Source of the DNA: an uncultured Gemmatimonadota bacterium
GTDB taxonomy: Bacteria > Blakebacterota > Blakebacteria > Blakebacterales > Blakebacteraceae
Direction of reading: 5' to 3'
DNA length: 48,244 bases
Assembly: GCA_964576115.1 (NCBI GenBank)
Contig: CAZNUA010000027.1
Span: forward strand, 1 to 48,244
The notes beneath the pieces are model-generated. The model was not told the origin of the DNA. It searched no databases and saw nothing but the letters and a program-made list of their open reading frames with translations. The translations under genes and the position numbers were made by a program. Shown here one piece after another: positions 46,055-48,244 of this stretch (positions within the stretch are counted from its first letter, which is position 1; the number at the start of each line of letters is the position of its first letter).

Positions 46055-47482
46055 ATGCCCCTGCGGTTTTACAACAGCCTGAGCCGAACGGTCGAGGAGT
46101 TCACCCCTCTCGAAGAGGGGCGGGTGCGGATCTATTCGTGCGGACCCACCGTCTACGATACTCCCCATATCGGAAACTGGCGGATGATGGTCAGCACCGA
46201 CCTGCTGGTGCGGTATCTCGAATACCGCTCCTTCGAGGTCATGCACGTCATGAACATCACCGATGTGGATGACAAGACCATCCGGGGAGCCGGCGCCGAG
46301 GGAATACCGCTGGCCGAGTTCACGGCCCGATACACCGAGCTCTTTTTCGCCGGCCGTGAGGTTCTCGGCCTGCGCCCGGCCGAGCGTTTTCCCCGCGCGA
46401 CCGAGCACATCGAGCCGATGCTCGAACTGGTGACCCAACTGGCCGAGAAAGGCCTGACCTACGAATCCGAAGGGAGTGTGTACTTTGCGGTGAACCGCTT
46501 TGCCGACTACGGCCGGTTGAGCGGGATCGATCCGGCGGGCTTGAAGGCGGGAGCCCGGGTCGAGGCTGACGAGTACGAGAAGGAGGAGGCGCGCGACTTC
46601 GTGCTCTGGAAGGGTCGTAAACCCGAGGATGGGGAGGTCTGGTGGGAAAGTCCCTTCGGACCGGGCCGCCCGGGCTGGCACCTGGAATGCTCGGCCATGA
46701 GCGCTCACTATCTCGGTCTGCCGTTCGATATCCACACCGGAGGCATCGATCTGCTCTTCCCGCATCACGAGAACGAAATCGCCCAGACCTGTGGAGCGAC
46801 CGGTCACGAACCGGCCCGCTTCTGGCTCCACAATGCCCATCTGAATGTCGAGGGCCGGAAGATGAGCAAGAGCCTGGGCAACTACTACACCCTCGAGGAT
46901 CTGCTCGAACGGGAGTATGCCCCCGCGGCGGTGCGCTACCTGCTGCTCGCTACCCATTATCGCCAACCGCTGACATTCTCTTTTTCGGCTCTCGATGCCG
47001 CTGCGGCCGCGGTCGAACGCCTGCGGGCCGCCGCCCGGCTCTGGCGCGAGCGTGCCCAGCGGGGCGGGGGGGAGCAGGCCGGGGACGCCCGGCAGGATGA
47101 GGCCGAAGCGGCGACAGAAGCGCTGCGAACCACATTCACCGAGGTGCTCGATGACGATCTGAACATCTCGGGTGGGCTGGCGGCCCTGTTCGACTTCGTC
47201 CACACCGGCAACGCCCTGCTCGATGCCGGGGCGGGGGCCGGAGCGGCCGGGATCCTGGTCGAAACCCTGACCGAAGTGGATCGCGTTCTCGGGGTACTCG
47301 AAGGCGGGGAATCGGAGGCGGATCTCGAGCCGGAACTCGCATCCCTGATCGAAGCCCGCGAGGCTGCCCGAGCCAGGCGGGATTTCGCCACCGCCGACAG
47401 CCTCCGGGAAACGTTGCTCGAAGCCGGGATCGTCATCGAGGACACACTCGACGGTCCGCGCTGGAAGCGCTCCCGACCATGA
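46055..47482 (+). CDS. cysS: Cysteine--tRNA ligase
   Basis: CGPTVYD.PHIGN, NITDVDDK, DFVLWK, GRPGWHLECSAM, FPHHENE, KMSKS. Confidence 0.97.
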   Translation: MPLRFYNSLSRTVEEFTPLEEGRVRIYSCGPTVYDTPHIGNWRMMVSTDLLVRYLEYRSFEVMHVMNITDVDDKTIRGAGAEGIPLAEFTARYTELFFAGREVLGLRPAERFPRATEHIEPMLELVTQLAEKGLTYESEGSVYFAVNRFADYGRLSGIDPAGLKAGARVEADEYEKEEARDFVLWKGRKPEDGEVWWESPFGPGRPGWHLECSAMSAHYLGLPFDIHTGGIDLLFPHHENEIAQTCGATGHEPARFWLHNAHLNVEGRKMSKSLGNYYTLEDLLEREYAPAAVRYLLLATHYRQPLTFSFSALDAAAAAVERLRAAARLWRERAQRGGGEQAGDARQDEAEAATEALRTTFTEVLDDDLNISGGLAALFDFVHTGNALLDAGAGAGAAGILVETLTEVDRVLGVLEGGESEADLEPELASLIEAREAARARRDFATADSLRETLLEAGIVIEDTLDGPRWKRSRP

Positions 47483-47501
47483 TCGAGGAGCGAAACGCCT
47501 G

Positions 47502-47529
47502 TTGACGCTTCCGGGCCGAGACCTACATT
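47502..47529 (+). promoter_or_regulatory. Sigma70-type stable-RNA promoter TTGACG-N16-TACATT
   Basis: Ends ~15 nt upstream of tRNA-Thr. Confidence 0.65.
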
Positions 47530-47543
47530 ACCTGTTCTGGCAG

Positions 47544-47620
47544 GCCGGCGTAGCTCAGCTGGTCAGAGCGGCTGATTTGTAATCAGCAGGTCGGGGGTTC
47601 GAATCCCTTCGCCGGCTCCA
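47544..47620 (+). tRNA. tRNA-Thr (TGT)
   Basis: GCCGGCG/CGCCGGC stem, GCTGA-TTTGTAA-TCAGC anticodon arm, encoded CCA. Confidence 0.97.
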
Positions 47621-47640
47621 ACGGACACACAAACATATGT

Positions 47641-47726
47641 GGTGGGGTACCGAAGTGGCCAACCGGGGCAGACTGTAAATCTGCTGGCTTTCGCCTTCGG
47701 AGGTTCGAATCCTTCCCCCACCACCA
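47641..47726 (+). tRNA. tRNA-Tyr (GTA)
   Basis: GGTGGGG/CCCCACC stem, GCAGA-CTGTAAA-TCTGC anticodon arm, long variable arm, encoded CCA. Confidence 0.97.
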
Positions 47727-47733
47727 GGTGCGA

Positions 47734-47810
47734 GCGGGAATAGCTCAGTTGGCTAGAGCGTCAGCCTTCCAAGCTGAGGGTCGCGGGTTCGAGTCCCGTT
47801 TCCCGCTCCA
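47734..47810 (+). tRNA. tRNA-Gly (TCC)
   Basis: GCGGGAA/TTCCCGC stem, TCAGC-CTTCCAA-GCTGA anticodon arm, encoded CCA. Confidence 0.97.
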
Positions 47811-47814
47811 GCAG

Positions 47815-47849
47815 CGGAAAAGCGGGGTCGCCTGACCCCGTTTTTCCCG
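47815..47849 (+). terminator. Terminator-like hairpin after tRNA-Gly
   Basis: AAAAGCGGGGTC-GCCT-GACCCCGTTTTT. Confidence 0.65.
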
Positions 47850-47994
47850 GCCCTTCGGGAAGGAAAGGAATGGTGATGGCATTTTTTTTGCCATATTTTC
47901 TCCGACCGGGGCTTGACAGCATGAAAAACTGCAGATTCTTTAATAAGTTCCGGCATTTTCGGGGGGTAGTTCCGTCGCGACCGTCTGAATCCGT

Positions 47995-48070
<76 letters not shown>

Positions 48071-48189
48071 CTTTGCAGGACAGGGCACTACGCTTCTGAA
48101 CGCGACACCCCGGCGACGGCAGGATTCCGCAAACGGCACCCGTTTCACCGGTTTCCGGTGAGACAGAGAGGGCAGGAGGACCCCGAGTC

Positions 48190-48244
48190 ATGGCGAAGGA
48201 GAAATTCGAGCGCACGAAGCCCCACGTGAACGTGGGGACGATCG
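48190..48244 (+). CDS. tuf: Elongation factor Tu, 5' fragment
   Basis: AGGAGGA RBS; MAKEKFERTKPHVNVGTI; follows the Thr-Tyr-Gly-Thr tRNAs as in tufB-type operons. Confidence 0.96.
   Translation, partial: MAKEKFERTKPHVNVGTI

Noticed and set aside
40190-47482. yebC-ruvCAB-ispD-ispF-ddl-cvpA-cysS cluster as a novel system
   Set aside because: Ordinary housekeeping genes with intact motifs; yebC-ruvCAB and ispD-ispF-cysS linkages are common.

Overview
High-GC bacterial chromosome segment. The ADOP permeases, GWxTD proteins and S46 peptidase suggest a Gemmatimonadota/Acidobacteriota/FCB-like lineage, which is inference only. The left ~30 kb is accessory and rich in exported proteins and lipoproteins: an Ntn acylase, a repeat-built secreted protein, a PadR-ADOP permease pair, an SSS symporter with an EEP hydrolase, an S37/S28 peptidase, a beta-propeller, two tandem TPR-GWxTD-like paralogs, an esterase, an amidohydrolase and an aromatic amino acid decarboxylase. 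It also holds a putative periplasmic redox cluster: a triheme cytochrome c, a membrane polyferredoxin, a lipoprotein, a Tat-exported Fe-S aldo/keto reductase and a Tat-exported SDR. A ~3.6 kb segment (30092-33719) is bounded by 35-bp direct repeats and carries a second ADOP permease plus a collapsed IS91-like transposase relic, next to a stand-alone tRNA-Ile. The right ~14 kb is mostly housekeeping: AGCS symporter, EF-G paralog, S46 peptidase, yebC-ruvCAB-ispD-ispF-ddl-cvpA-cysS, tRNAs Thr-Tyr-Gly-Thr and the start of tuf. Best candidates for novelty: the triheme cytochrome/polyferredoxin/Tat-oxidoreductase cluster, the repeat-flanked ADOP cassette with its IS91-like relic, a secreted protein that may contain six Sm-like units, the WPWD-variant GWxTD paralogs, and a recurring ECF-type promoter motif. 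All calls come from reading motifs by eye; no database searches were run.
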